Made by a program: the position numbers and the translations under genes. Shown here piece after piece: positions 8,254 to 18,768 of a stretch of 64,000 nucleotides of DNA. How positions within the stretch are numbered: the stretch's first letter is position 1; each line of letters opens with the position of its first letter. Source of the stretch: Candidatus Binatia bacterium (GTDB lineage: Bacteria > Desulfobacterota > Binatia > UBA9968 > JAJDTQ01). The notes beneath the pieces were generated by a model, which was given only the letters and a program-made list of their open reading frames with translations, was not told where the DNA came from and ran no database searches. Location: positions 1,344,001 through 1,408,000 of the forward strand of contig OY762897.2 in assembly GCA_963666515.2 (NCBI GenBank), written 5' to 3'.

Positions 8254-8507
8254 CGGACCTTGGGGTCGGGTCTGAGGACTTCCCAATCCGAAATGTCCGC
8301 TGCCGGTTCCATGATGTCGCCGACGATGCGTCCTCGGCCCTTCATGCAGCCGAGCCAACCCTCACGACGGTCCGGGGGCGGGGGTGGGACGATTTGCGCC
8401 ACAGGTTTGCCGAACCGCGTTACCAACACCGGCTTGTGTGTCTTGCCGACTCGGTCAAGCACGGCGAGACAGGTGGCCTTGAACTTGGATATCTGTATTT
8501 CTTCCAT
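8250..8507 (-). CDS. Phd/YefM-family antitoxin
   Basis: MEEIQISKFKATCLAVLDRV...PVLVTRFGKPVAQIVP; directly upstream of the PIN toxin. Confidence 0.92.
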   Translation of the reverse strand: MEEIQISKFKATCLAVLDRVGKTHKPVLVTRFGKPVAQIVPPPPPDRREGWLGCMKGRGRIVGDIMEPAADISDWEVLRPDPKVR

Positions 8508-8570
8508 TTCTCCGCAGACTAACATAGTCAATCTGAATGGTCCAACTTTTCCAGGCTAAGGATTCCGCGC

Positions 8571-9380
8571 TTGGCGCCGATTCTTTCCTGTGTGAGCAAG
8601 CCGCATCAGCTCGACTATCACGTTACCGGGAGATGGGCCCGACGGCTGCTGGAGGCCGCGCTGGACCTGGTCTTTCCGCCCTGCTGCATGGCCTGCGAAC
8701 GGTGCCTTCCATCGGAGTCCCACGGCGCCTTTTGCAGCCCCTGTGGCGACGGCATCCGACCCGTCCGGCCGCCGTTTTGCCGGCGGTGCGGGCTGCCGTA
8801 CCTGCATGAATGGCAGGGCGACCACCTGTGCGGCGGGTGCCTGCTTCGGCCGCCGCACTTCTCCATGGCGCGGAGTTGGGCGTGCTATCCGCGCGAATCG
8901 GACACCTCGCATCCGTTGCGGCAGGTGGTCCACAGGTTCAAGTACGGCCGGCAGGCGTCCCTGGGTACGCCCCTCGGCCGGCTCGTGGCGCGCGCGTGCC
9001 GGCCGTGGTTCCGGGCGTCGTACTTGAACCTCATCGTTCCGGTCCCGCTGCATCCGCGGCGGCTGCGCTGGCGCGGTTTCAATCAGTCCGTGCTGCTGGG
9101 GCGGGAAGTCGGCCGCGCATGGGGGATTCCGCTGGACCCCTTCGTCCTCACCCGGAGGACGGAGACGGTGCCTCAGAGCACCTTGACCCTGAAGGAACGC
9201 CGGCCCAACGTGAACGGCGCCTTCTCCGTCGCCCCGCGCCGGACGGTGGAGAAGATGCGGCTGCTTCTCGTCGACGACGTCTACACTTCGGGAGCCACGG
9301 TCAACGAGTGCGCCCGTGTCCTGCTGCGTTCCGGTGCGCGGGAGGTGCAGGTGCTCACGCTGGCGCGCACGGTCTCCTGA
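8571..9380 (+). CDS. comF: ComF family protein (double zinc ribbon plus phosphoribosyltransferase); start uncertain
   Basis: LDLVFPPCCMAC...CRRCG...CGGC, FKY, VPVPLHPRRLRWRGFNQS, LLVDDVYTSGAT. Confidence 0.92.
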   Translation: MAPILSCVSKPHQLDYHVTGRWARRLLEAALDLVFPPCCMACERCLPSESHGAFCSPCGDGIRPVRPPFCRRCGLPYLHEWQGDHLCGGCLLRPPHFSMARSWACYPRESDTSHPLRQVVHRFKYGRQASLGTPLGRLVARACRPWFRASYLNLIVPVPLHPRRLRWRGFNQSVLLGREVGRAWGIPLDPFVLTRRTETVPQSTLTLKERRPNVNGAFSVAPRRTVEKMRLLLVDDVYTSGATVNECARVLLRSGAREVQVLTLARTVS

Positions 9381-9443
9381 ATCCGGCGGTCCCTGTGGCG
9401 ATCCAAGGGCCGTGTTCCGGTCAGGCCCGAATGACGGGTCCGG

Positions 9444-10793
9444 CTACCGCCGGCTCAACGTCACGGCTATCCCGTAGCGCGGCTTCAGGGTGACCTTGGC
9501 CATGGTCTCGACGGGATGGTCGGGGACGATGTGCACCTTGAAGCGCTGGAGGATCTGCGCCAGCACCAACTGGATTTCGAGCATGGCCATGCCGGCGCCG
9601 ATGCAGGTGCGGGGTCCGGCGGCGAAGGGCAGATAGGAGTAGGGGTGGCGGCCTTCGCCGCGGTTCGGCCGGAACCGCTCGGGGTCGAAACGTTCCGGGT
9701 CGGGCCAGAACTCCGGGTGCCGGTGCAGCGCATACGGCACGACGGTGACATAGGCGTTGGCGGGCAGCAGGTACCCGTTAAACCGTTCCTCCGCTTCCAC
9801 CCGCCGCGAGTAGCCCCACACCGGCGGATAGATGCGCATGGACTCCTGCACCACCTGCTTGAGGTAGGGAAGCCGCGGAAGGTCGCCGGCCGTGGCGGGC
9901 GCGCCGTTCAGGGCCGCGGTCAGGGTTTCGGTCAGCGTCTCCTCCACGTCGGGGTGGGTGCCCAGCAGGTACAGGGTCCACGCCAGCGCGTTGGCCGACG
10001 TTTCGTGTCCGGCCAGCATCAGCGTCACCACCTCGTCGCGCACCTGTCTTTCGTCGATGCCTTCCCCGCCCTCTTCGTCATGCGCGCGGATCAGGCAGTC
10101 GAGGAGGTCGTCGTCGCCCACGCCGCGGCGCCGGCGCGCCTCGATCAGCCGGTACACGATACGGTCGAGACGGCTCACCGCGCGTCTCCACTTGAGGTTG
10201 TGGGGCGTGGGTATCCAGGAAAAGAGCGTCAGCAGCGCGCGGGTCTCCAGCGGGTACAGGTTGACCCGTTCGAGGATATCCGCGACTTCACCGGCGTCGC
10301 GGTCGAGGTCGCTGCCGAACAGGGTCGCGCCGACGATGCCGAGCGTCAACCGGCTCATTTCGCGCTCGACCCGGAAAGCCTCGCCGCCGACCCGTCCGTC
10401 CCACTCATCCATCAGGGAAGACGTGAGAGCGTTGATCCTCTCGTCGAAGCCGTTGACGCGACGGTTGCCGAAGAAGGGTTGAATGAGGCCGCGCTGCCGG
10501 ACCCAGTGGGGACCGTCGCTGGTTACCAGCCCGTTTCCCATGCTCCCCTTCAGCACCCGGTAATCGACGATGCGCTTGGAAAAATGCCGGTAGTCCTGCG
10601 ACAGCACCGGGCGTATGAAATCAGGGTGGTTGACCAGGTAGATGTCGTGGAATCCACGCCAGCGCACGAAGTCCCCGTGCGCCCGGAGCAACCCGTAGAG
10701 CACCCGGTGCGGCTCCGTCCCCAGGCGCCGGAACTGATGGAACCGGGGGGTTGAAGGCGGCGCCGTGGGCGGCCCGTTTCGGTTGCCGTTCAT
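9444..10793 (-). CDS. Cytochrome P450
   Basis: I-helix LAGHETS, ExxR (ESMR), PERFDPERF, heme motif FAAGPRTCIG. Confidence 0.97.
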   Translation of the reverse strand: MNGNRNGPPTAPPSTPRFHQFRRLGTEPHRVLYGLLRAHGDFVRWRGFHDIYLVNHPDFIRPVLSQDYRHFSKRIVDYRVLKGSMGNGLVTSDGPHWVRQRGLIQPFFGNRRVNGFDERINALTSSLMDEWDGRVGGEAFRVEREMSRLTLGIVGATLFGSDLDRDAGEVADILERVNLYPLETRALLTLFSWIPTPHNLKWRRAVSRLDRIVYRLIEARRRRGVGDDDLLDCLIRAHDEEGGEGIDERQVRDEVVTLMLAGHETSANALAWTLYLLGTHPDVEETLTETLTAALNGAPATAGDLPRLPYLKQVVQESMRIYPPVWGYSRRVEAEERFNGYLLPANAYVTVVPYALHRHPEFWPDPERFDPERFRPNRGEGRHPYSYLPFAAGPRTCIGAGMAMLEIQLVLAQILQRFKVHIVPDHPVETMAKVTLKPRYGIAVTLSRR

Positions 10794-10939
10794 GACGCCT
10801 TCACTCTACGCCCGATGCATGGAATCATCAAACCGGACCGGTCCGTGCCGACTTGCACTATGACGCATTTCCGATAAAAGAGGGGGAACGACCGTGCCCA
10901 TGCCGAACCCGTCCGCGCCGTGATCGAGAGGATGCTTTG

Positions 10940-11542
10940 ATGGCCGAATATCCCGTGGAGCCCTTGACCCACGCCGAGCCGGCAACCGCCAGGAAAACCT
11001 ACATCGACGCTCAATCCCTGCTGGAAGACTCGTTCCGCCTCGGCATGCAGATCCTGGAAAGCGGCTTCCGTCCGAGCTTCATCGTCGGCATCTGGCGCGG
11101 CGGCACGCCGGTGGGCATCGCGGTGCAGGAACTGCTGGACTACTTCGGCATCGAGACCGACCACATCGCCATCCGCACCTCCTTCTACAAGGGCATCGGA
11201 CGCACGGGTTCGCGCATCCGCGTGCACGGCATGCAGTACATCATCGACAACGTCGAGGCGGACCAGGGGCTCCTGATCGTCGATGACGTGTTCGACACCG
11301 GTCTCAGCATCGAGGCGGTGCTCTCGCACCTGAAACGCAAGTCCCGCCGCAACACGCCGGCGGACACCCGCGTGGCCACCGTCTACTACAAGCCGGACAA
11401 CAACCGCACCGGCCGCGAACCCGACTACTACGTGCACGAGACCGATCACTGGCTGGTCTTCCCCCACGAACTGCACGGCCTCACGCGGGACGAAATCATC
11501 GAGCACAAGCTGGGAATCGGACCCTTCGCGCCGCGCCTGTGA
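10940..11542 (+). CDS. Purine (hypoxanthine/xanthine-type) phosphoribosyltransferase
   Basis: GIWRGG, PRPP-binding LIVDDVFDTG, WLVFPHE; adjacent to a purine/nucleoside ABC transporter. Confidence 0.85.
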   Translation: MAEYPVEPLTHAEPATARKTYIDAQSLLEDSFRLGMQILESGFRPSFIVGIWRGGTPVGIAVQELLDYFGIETDHIAIRTSFYKGIGRTGSRIRVHGMQYIIDNVEADQGLLIVDDVFDTGLSIEAVLSHLKRKSRRNTPADTRVATVYYKPDNNRTGREPDYYVHETDHWLVFPHELHGLTRDEIIEHKLGIGPFAPRL

Positions 11543-11558
11543 GCCGCGCGCGGCATCC

Positions 11559-13115
11559 ATGGAGATGATGGACGACGGCGGCTATCTCCTCGAAGCCGAG
11601 GACATCGTCAAGCGCTTCGGCCATTTCACCGCCAACGACCGGGTGACCCTGAGGCTCCGGCCCGGGGAGATACACGCCCTGCTGGGCGAGAACGGCGCCG
11701 GCAAGTCCACGCTGGTCAAGATCATCTACGGCTCGTTGCAGCCCACCGCCGGCCGCCTCCGCTGGCGCGGCGAGACCGTCACCGTGCCGGACCCGTGGTC
11801 GGCCCGGCAGCTCGGCATCGGCATGGTCTTCCAGCATTTCTCGCTCTTCGAGGCGCTGACCGTGGTGGAGAACATCGCCCTGGCGGTGCCGGGCCCGTTC
11901 GACCGGCGGGCGCTGGCCCGGCGGGTCGAGAGGGTGTCCGCGGAGTACGGACTGCCGCTGGAGCCGGCCGCGTTGGTGGCGGACCTGCCGGTGGGCGTGC
12001 GCCAGCGCATCGAGGTGGTGCGCTGCCTGCTCCAGGAGCCGCGCCTGCTGATCATGGACGAGCCCACCGCGGTGCTCACCCCTCAGGAGGCCCGGCAACT
12101 CTTCGTCACCCTGAGGCGGCTGGCGGAGGGCGGCTGCGCGGTCCTGTACATCTCGCATCGACTGGAGGAGGTGAGGGAACTCTGCCATCGCGCCACCATC
12201 CTGCGCCGCGGCGGGGTGGTGGCCGAGGTCGATCCCGGGGCCGAGACCGCAACCTCGCTGGCGCGGCTCATGGTGGGCGCGGACGTGCAGTCGGTGAACG
12301 CCGGGGGCCGTGACGCCGCCGGAGCCCCGGCCCTCACGGTCCATGACCTCTCCCTCCCGGCGCCGGGCACCTTCGGGGTGCCGTTGCGCAACGTCTCCCT
12401 GGAGGTCCGCAGCGGCGAGGTGACCGCGGTGGCTGGCGTCGCCGGCAACGGCCAGTCCGAGCTGTTCGACGTGCTGTCCGGCGAACGGCGGGCGCCCACG
12501 CCGGAATCCGTCGTCATCGCCGGGCAGCCGTGCGGCGTCCGGGACATCACCGAGCGCCGGCGCCTGGGCGCCGCCTTCGTGCCCGAGGAACGGCTGGGGC
12601 ACAGCGCGGTGCCCGGCTTCAGGTTGTCGGAGAACGTGCTCCTCACGCGCCACGCCTCCGGCGACGATCTCGTGCGCACCGGCTTCATCAACGGAGGCCG
12701 CACCCGGGCGCTGGCGGCCCGGGTCACCCGGCGTTTCGACGTGCGCGCCGGGCGTGAGGACCAGGAAGCCAACGCGCTCTCCGGCGGCAATCTGCAGAAG
12801 TTCGTGGTGGGACGCGAGCTGGACCGGAACCCCCGGGTCCTGGTCGTCAACCAGCCCACTTGGGGGGTGGACGCGGGCGCCGCGGCGCTCATCCGGCAGG
12901 CGCTGGTGGACCGCGCCCGGGACGGCGCTGCGGTGCTGGTCATCAGCCAGGACCTCGACGAGATATTCGAGATCGCCGACCGCATCGCGGTGATCTCACG
13001 CGGTTCCCTGTCCGACACCTATGCCACAGACGCCATCGACCGGGAACGCGTCGGCATGCTCATGGCCGGCGCCGCCGAGACCGGCACGGCGCCGGACGGG
13101 GAAGCGCGGGCGTGA
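11559..13115 (+). CDS. Nucleoside/purine ABC transporter ATP-binding protein (two ABC domains)
   Basis: GENGAGKST, MDEPTAVLT, LSGGNLQKF, NQPTWGVD. Confidence 0.95.
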   Translation: MEMMDDGGYLLEAEDIVKRFGHFTANDRVTLRLRPGEIHALLGENGAGKSTLVKIIYGSLQPTAGRLRWRGETVTVPDPWSARQLGIGMVFQHFSLFEALTVVENIALAVPGPFDRRALARRVERVSAEYGLPLEPAALVADLPVGVRQRIEVVRCLLQEPRLLIMDEPTAVLTPQEARQLFVTLRRLAEGGCAVLYISHRLEEVRELCHRATILRRGGVVAEVDPGAETATSLARLMVGADVQSVNAGGRDAAGAPALTVHDLSLPAPGTFGVPLRNVSLEVRSGEVTAVAGVAGNGQSELFDVLSGERRAPTPESVVIAGQPCGVRDITERRRLGAAFVPEERLGHSAVPGFRLSENVLLTRHASGDDLVRTGFINGGRTRALAARVTRRFDVRAGREDQEANALSGGNLQKFVVGRELDRNPRVLVVNQPTWGVDAGAAALIRQALVDRARDGAAVLVISQDLDEIFEIADRIAVISRGSLSDTYATDAIDRERVGMLMAGAAETGTAPDGEARA

Positions 13116-14254
13116 GGCTGGTGCTGGAGAAACGGCCGGAGCGGAGCCGGGCCATGCAGGCGGCCTCGCCGCTCCTCGCCGTGGCCCTCACCGTTGTCTT
13201 CGGCAGCATCCTTTTCGCCGCCCGCGGCTTCGACCCGCTGCACGCCAACTACGTCTACTTCATCGGACCGCTGACCACCCTGTGGTCGGTGGAGGAGCTG
13301 ATCGTCAAGGCCACGCCGCTGGTGTTGATCGGCGCCGGTCTGGCCATCTGCTTCCGCGCGGACCTCTGGAACATCGGCGCGGAAGGGCAGCTCATCGCGG
13401 GCGCGCTGGCCGGCGCCTCCATCCCCATCCTGGCGCCCCAGTGGGACTCGGCTCTGGCCATTCCTGCGATGCTCGTCCTGGGCATGCTCGGCGGCATGGC
13501 CTGGGCCGCGGCGCCGGCGCTCCTGCGAAACCGCTTCGGCGCCAACGAAATCCTCACCAGCCTGATGCTGGTGTACGTGGCCCAGTACCTGCTGGACTGG
13601 CTGGTGCGCGGCCCGTGGCGCGACCCCCAGGGCTTCAACTTCCCCAAGTCCATCAGCTTCAACGACTGGCATCTGCTGGCCACCTTCGGCGACGGGCGGG
13701 TCCATCTCGGCGCGGTCTTCGCGGTGGTCGTGGTGCTGGTGCTGGCCGTGTTCATGTCGCGGACCCTCATGGGCTTCGAGATACGGGTGAGGGGGGAGGC
13801 GCCGCGGGCCGGCGGCTTCGGCGGCTTCTCGCAGAAGGGGACCACGTGGCTCTGTTTCGGCATCTCCGGTGCCCTGGCGGGCTTGGCGGGTATCTGCGAG
13901 GTGGCGGGCCCGGTGGGGCAGCTCCAGCCCACCATCTCGCCGGGCTACGGCTTCACCGCCATCATCGTGGCCTTCCTCGGACGGCTGAACCCGCTGGGCG
14001 CGCTGCTGGGCGGACTGGTCCTGGCCATCTGCTACCTGGGCGGCGAGGCCGCGCAGGTGGAGCTGTCCATCTCCGAGAAGACCGCGCAGGTCTTCCAGGG
14101 CATGCTGCTCTTCTTCATCCTCACCTGCGACACGCTGATCCGCTGCCGGGTGCGGCTGGAGCGGACGACCCGGAGCCCCGCGCACGCGCGCGCATCCAGG
14201 GGCATCGGCGACGCGGCCTCCGGCGCGGCGGGCGTCCGGGGGGCCGTGCCATGA
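13112..14254 (+). CDS. Nucleoside/purine ABC transporter permease
   Basis: WNIGAEGQ, ANEILTSLML, GYGFTAIIVAFLGRLNP; GTG start overlaps the upstream stop. Confidence 0.93.
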   Translation: MRLVLEKRPERSRAMQAASPLLAVALTVVFGSILFAARGFDPLHANYVYFIGPLTTLWSVEELIVKATPLVLIGAGLAICFRADLWNIGAEGQLIAGALAGASIPILAPQWDSALAIPAMLVLGMLGGMAWAAAPALLRNRFGANEILTSLMLVYVAQYLLDWLVRGPWRDPQGFNFPKSISFNDWHLLATFGDGRVHLGAVFAVVVVLVLAVFMSRTLMGFEIRVRGEAPRAGGFGGFSQKGTTWLCFGISGALAGLAGICEVAGPVGQLQPTISPGYGFTAIIVAFLGRLNPLGALLGGLVLAICYLGGEAAQVELSISEKTAQVFQGMLLFFILTCDTLIRCRVRLERTTRSPAHARASRGIGDAASGAAGVRGAVP

Positions 14255-15171
14255 GCGCGCTGGAAGCGGTCCTGCTCACCATCATCACCGCATCGACACC
14301 GCTGCTCCTGGCCGCGGTGGGCGAGCTGGTGACGGAACGTTCCGGCGTCCTCAACCTCGGGGTCGAGGGCATGATGATCATGGGCGCGGTGACGGGCTTC
14401 GCCGCCGCCTACACCACCGGGTCGGCCGCGGTCGGCGTGGCCGCGGCCGTCGGCGCCGGCATCGCCATGGCCCTGCTGTTCGCCTTTCTCACCCAGACCC
14501 TGGCGGCCAACCAGATGGCCACGGGGCTCGCCCTGACCCTGTTCGGAATCGGCCTCTCCGGGCTCACCGGCCAGCCCTTCACCGGGCTCCCAGGCGTCAA
14601 GCTCGGCGCCATCCACGTGCCGGGGCTGAGCGGCCTGCCGCTGGCCGGCCCGGTGCTGTTCAGCCAGGACGTGCTGGTGTACGCCTCCGTGGCAATTACC
14701 GTAGCGGTCGCCTGGATGTTCGCCCGAACCCGCATCGGGCTGGTGATTCGCGCCGTCGGCAGCAACCATCATTCCGCCCACGCCCTGGGCTACAACGTGG
14801 CCGCGGTGCGTTACGGCTGCATCGCCTTCGGCGGAGCCTGCGCTGGGCTGGCCGGAGCCTACCTGTCGCTGGCGTACACGCCGCAGTGGATCGAGAATAT
14901 GACCGCGGGACGGGGCTGGATCGCGCTGGCGCTGGTGGTGTTCGCCACCTGGACGCCCGGCCGGGTAGCCGCCGGCGCCTACCTGTTCGGCGCCGTATGG
15001 ATCATGGGGCTCTACGCCCAGGGCATCGGGGTGAACATTCCGCCCCAGTTCCTGGCGGCCCTGCCGTACCTGGTGACCATCGCCGCGCTGCTGGCCATCT
15101 CGGGCAATCGAATCTTGACGAAAGTCAACACACCTGCTTGTATCGGTCAAACGTTCGTGCCGGACCGGTAG
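14251..15171 (+). CDS. Nucleoside/purine ABC transporter permease
   Basis: ERSGVLNLGVEGMM, AGRGWIALALVVF, ALPYLVTI. Confidence 0.93.
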   Translation: MSALEAVLLTIITASTPLLLAAVGELVTERSGVLNLGVEGMMIMGAVTGFAAAYTTGSAAVGVAAAVGAGIAMALLFAFLTQTLAANQMATGLALTLFGIGLSGLTGQPFTGLPGVKLGAIHVPGLSGLPLAGPVLFSQDVLVYASVAITVAVAWMFARTRIGLVIRAVGSNHHSAHALGYNVAAVRYGCIAFGGACAGLAGAYLSLAYTPQWIENMTAGRGWIALALVVFATWTPGRVAAGAYLFGAVWIMGLYAQGIGVNIPPQFLAALPYLVTIAALLAISGNRILTKVNTPACIGQTFVPDR

Positions 15172-15206
15172 ACCGCGGCCGGCGCCACCCACCGAAGGAG
15201 GAAGAA

Positions 15207-16274
15207 ATGAAAAAACTGATCGTGCTGGCCGCCGTCCTCGCACTGTCCCTGGCCGCCTCCGGCGCCCTCGGCGCCGACGCCCTGAAGGTCGGTTTCATCT
15301 ATGTCGGCCCCATCGGCGATCACGGCTGGAGCTATCAGCACGACCAGGGCCGTCTGGCCGTCGACAAGGCCCTGGGCAAGAAGGTCAAGACCCTCTACAT
15401 CGAGAAGGTCGCCGAGGGTCCGGACACCGAACGCGCCATCACGCGGCTGGCCCGGCAGGGCGCCGGCCTGATCTTCACCACCTCCTTCGGTTTCATGGAC
15501 CCCACCATCAAGGTGGCCAAGCGTTTCCTCAAGGTGAAGTTCGAGCACGCCACCGGCTACAAGCGCGCGAAGAACGTGGCAACCTACTCGTCGCGCTTCT
15601 ACGAAGGCCGCTACGTCATCGGCCAGATCGCCGCCAGGCTCTCCAAGAGCGGCGTGGCCGGCTACATTGCCTCTTTCCCGATCCCTGAGGTGGTGCGCGG
15701 CATCAACTCCTTCATGCTCGGCGCCCAATCCGTCAACCCCGACTTCAAGGTCAAGACCGTGTGGGTGAACTCCTGGTTCGACCCCGGCAAGGAAGCCGAC
15801 GCCGCCAAGGTGCTCATCGGCCAGGGAGCGGACATCATCACCCAGCACACCGATTCCACCGCGCCCATGCAGATCGCCGGCGAGAAGGGCGCCAAGGCCT
15901 TCGGGCAGGCGTCCGACATGATCAAGTTCGGCCCCAAGACCCAGCTCACCGCCATCATCGACGACTGGCGGCCCTACTACGTCCAGCGCGCCAAGGCCGT
16001 GCTCGACGGTTCCTGGAAGTCCACCGACACCTGGGGCGGCATGGACACCGGCATGGTCGGGATGGCCCCCTACACCAACATGCCCGCGAACGTGGCCGCC
16101 ATGGCCAAGGCCACCGAGGAAAAGATCCGCTCCGGCAAGATGCACGCCTTCGCCGGCCCCATCTACAAGCAGGACGGCTCCCTGGCCGTGCCCAAGGGCA
16201 AGAACCTGGACGACGCTACGCTGCTGGGCATGAACTGGTACGTCAAGGGGATCGACGACAAGCTGCCGAAGTAG
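15207..16274 (+). CDS. BMP-family ABC transporter substrate-binding protein (purine/nucleoside)
   Basis: Signal peptide, KVGFIYVGPIGDHGWSYQHDQGR, FTTSFGFMD, WVNSWFDPGKE, QHTDS. Confidence 0.94.
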   Translation: MKKLIVLAAVLALSLAASGALGADALKVGFIYVGPIGDHGWSYQHDQGRLAVDKALGKKVKTLYIEKVAEGPDTERAITRLARQGAGLIFTTSFGFMDPTIKVAKRFLKVKFEHATGYKRAKNVATYSSRFYEGRYVIGQIAARLSKSGVAGYIASFPIPEVVRGINSFMLGAQSVNPDFKVKTVWVNSWFDPGKEADAAKVLIGQGADIITQHTDSTAPMQIAGEKGAKAFGQASDMIKFGPKTQLTAIIDDWRPYYVQRAKAVLDGSWKSTDTWGGMDTGMVGMAPYTNMPANVAAMAKATEEKIRSGKMHAFAGPIYKQDGSLAVPKGKNLDDATLLGMNWYVKGIDDKLPK

Positions 16275-16280
16275 GGTGGA

Positions 16281-16300
16281 ATTCCCGTGCAAGCGGGAAT
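16281..16300. repeat. Degenerate REP core ATTCCC-N8-GGGAAT at the left edge of the island
   Basis: ATTCCCGTGCAAGCGGGAAT lies between the BMP gene stop and hsdR. Confidence 0.5.
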
Positions 16301-16316
16301 GTGAGGCCGCGTACCT

Positions 16317-18764
16317 TTGGATAAGAAAAGCCTCAGCGAGCGCGATATCTGCACCAAGTTCATCACTCCGGCTCTGCGCAGGGCCGGTTGGGACGAGATG
16401 GTGCAAATCCGTGAAGAGGTCAGCTTCACCAAGGGCCGCATCATCGTGCGCGGGAAGCTGGTCAGCCGGGGCAGGGGCAAGCGCGCCGACTACATCCTCT
16501 ATTACAAGCCCAACCTTCCCATCGCGCTGATCGAAGCCAAGGACAATACCCATGCGGTCGGCGACGGCATACAGCAGGCCCTCGACTACGCCGACACGCT
16601 GAACATTCCCTTCGTGTTTTCCTCAAATGGCGACGGCTTCGTCTTCCACGACCGAACCGGCGTCGTCGCAAGGGAGACAACCCTGGCCCTCGACGCCTTC
16701 CCGTCGCCAGACGACCTGTGGGTGCGTTATCGGACCTGGAAGGGCCTGACGTCCGATGCCGAAGAAATCGTCCTTCAGGACTATTTCGACGACGGAAGCG
16801 GCAAGACACCACGCTACTATCAGGTCAACGCTATCAACGCCGCCATCGAGGCCATCGCCAAGGGTCGCGACCGCATCCTGCTCGTTATGGCAACGGGAAC
16901 GGGCAAGACCTACACTGCCTTTCAGATCATCTGGCGGCTGTGGAAGGCGGGTCGAAAGAAGCGCATCCTGTTCCTGGCGGACCGCAACGTGCTCGTCGAT
17001 CAGACCATGGTTAACGACTTCCGGCCCTTTGGTCCGGCAATGGCCAAGCTCTCGACCAACGCCAAGACCATAGAACGCGAGGACGGCTCTTCGGAGCATG
17101 CAACTGCCCCCCTCAACAGGACGCGCCGCATCGACACCGCCTACGAGATCTATCTCGGTCTCTATCAGGCGATCACCGGACTGGAGGAACAGCAGAAGAT
17201 TTTCCGGGAGTTTTCGCCCACATTCTTCGACTTGATCGTAGTCGACGAGTGTCACCGTGGCAGCGCTGCCGAGGATTCGGCCTGGCGGGAAATTCTTGAG
17301 TATTTCTCTACCGCCACGCAGATCGGCCTAACCGCCACCCCCAGGGAGACCCGCTACGTTTCCAACATCCATTACTTTGGCGAACCCGTCTACTCCTATT
17401 CCCTGAAACAAGGTATCCGCGACGGCTTCCTTGCCCCCTACAAGGTTATCAAGGTTCACATAGATCGTGACGTGGAAGGCTACCGCCCGGAAAAGGGTCA
17501 GCTTGACCGGGAGGGGCGGGAGGTCGAAGACCGTATCTACAACGTCAAGGACTTCGACCGGACGCTGGTGCTGGACGACCGAACCCAGCTCGTCGCCCGC
17601 AGGGTCACCGAGTTTCTGAAAGAGAGCGGCGACCGTTTCCAGAAAGCGATCATCTTCTGCGTTGATCAGGAGCATGCCAGTCGCATGAGACAGGCCCTCA
17701 TCAACGAAAACGGCGACTTGGTAGACCAGAACCACCGTTACGTCATGCGCATCACCGGCGTCGACACCGAAGGTCAGGCACAATTGGGCAACTTCATCGA
17801 CCCGGAATCCAGATATCCCGTATTGGTCACCACCTCACGGCTTCTCTCGACTGGAGTCGACGCTCAGACCTGTCGTCTCATTGTGCTCGACCGAACGGTC
17901 GGCTCGATGACCGAATTCAAGCAGATCGTCGGCCGCGGCACCCGTGTGCACGAGGACACCCGTAAATTTTACTTCACCTTGATGGATTTCCGTGGCGCTA
18001 CGAGTCATTTCGCCGATCCCGATTTCGACGGTGAGCCGGTTCAGATATATGAGCCAAGCGCGGACGACCCCATGACCCCGCCGGATGACGTGCTACCCCC
18101 GGGTGACGGCGACGATCCCATACCGCCGAAACCCGGTGAGGACGAGACCATTATCTGCGTAACCCCCGATGCCCCTCATTCACCTACAGAGGGTGGTACG
18201 TACAAAGTGTACGTGGATGACATCGATGTCGCCATAGTCGCTGATCGAGTGGAATATCTGGATGAGAACGGCAAGCTGATCACCGAATCCTTACGCGACT
18301 TCACGAAGAAGACGCTGAAGAGACACTTCGCCAGTCTCAACGATTTCCTCAGACGCTGGAACACCGCAGAGCGCAAGCAGGCCATTATCGAGGAGTTGGA
18401 GGCCGAGGGTCTTCCTCTCGGCGCTATCGCCGTGGAACTGGGCAAGGATCTCGATTCTTTCGATCTCATTTGCCATATCGCCTTCGATGCCAAGCCTCTG
18501 ACCCGCCGCGAGCGCGCCGAGAACGTCAAGAAGCGGGATGTGTTTCACAAATATGGCGACCAGGCCCGCGCCGTACTCGACGCACTTCTCGCCAAGTATG
18601 CCGACGAGGGCATGTTCAATCTCGAGGACGTGTCCGTGCTTCGCATCCCGCCCTTCACCGAGCTCGGCACCCCGGTTCAGTTGATCAAAGCCTTCGGCGG
18701 CCGGGATGGATTCATTGAGGCCGTCCACGACCTGCAATCCGCGCTGTACCAGGAGACTGCTTGA
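16317..18764 (+). CDS. hsdR: Type I restriction enzyme R subunit (EcoAI/EcoEI-like)
   Basis: SERDICTKFITPAL, ADYIL..IEAK nuclease motif, MATGTGKT, DECHRG, GLTATP, FKQIVGRGTR, EcoEI-like C-terminus; TTG start. Confidence 0.96.
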   Translation: MDKKSLSERDICTKFITPALRRAGWDEMVQIREEVSFTKGRIIVRGKLVSRGRGKRADYILYYKPNLPIALIEAKDNTHAVGDGIQQALDYADTLNIPFVFSSNGDGFVFHDRTGVVARETTLALDAFPSPDDLWVRYRTWKGLTSDAEEIVLQDYFDDGSGKTPRYYQVNAINAAIEAIAKGRDRILLVMATGTGKTYTAFQIIWRLWKAGRKKRILFLADRNVLVDQTMVNDFRPFGPAMAKLSTNAKTIEREDGSSEHATAPLNRTRRIDTAYEIYLGLYQAITGLEEQQKIFREFSPTFFDLIVVDECHRGSAAEDSAWREILEYFSTATQIGLTATPRETRYVSNIHYFGEPVYSYSLKQGIRDGFLAPYKVIKVHIDRDVEGYRPEKGQLDREGREVEDRIYNVKDFDRTLVLDDRTQLVARRVTEFLKESGDRFQKAIIFCVDQEHASRMRQALINENGDLVDQNHRYVMRITGVDTEGQAQLGNFIDPESRYPVLVTTSRLLSTGVDAQTCRLIVLDRTVGSMTEFKQIVGRGTRVHEDTRKFYFTLMDFRGATSHFADPDFDGEPVQIYEPSADDPMTPPDDVLPPGDGDDPIPPKPGEDETIICVTPDAPHSPTEGGTYKVYVDDIDVAIVADRVEYLDENGKLITESLRDFTKKTLKRHFASLNDFLRRWNTAERKQAIIEELEAEGLPLGAIAVELGKDLDSFDLICHIAFDAKPLTRRERAENVKKRDVFHKYGDQARAVLDALLAKYADEGMFNLEDVSVLRIPPFTELGTPVQLIKAFGGRDGFIEAVHDLQSALYQETA

Positions 18765-18768
18765 CCCC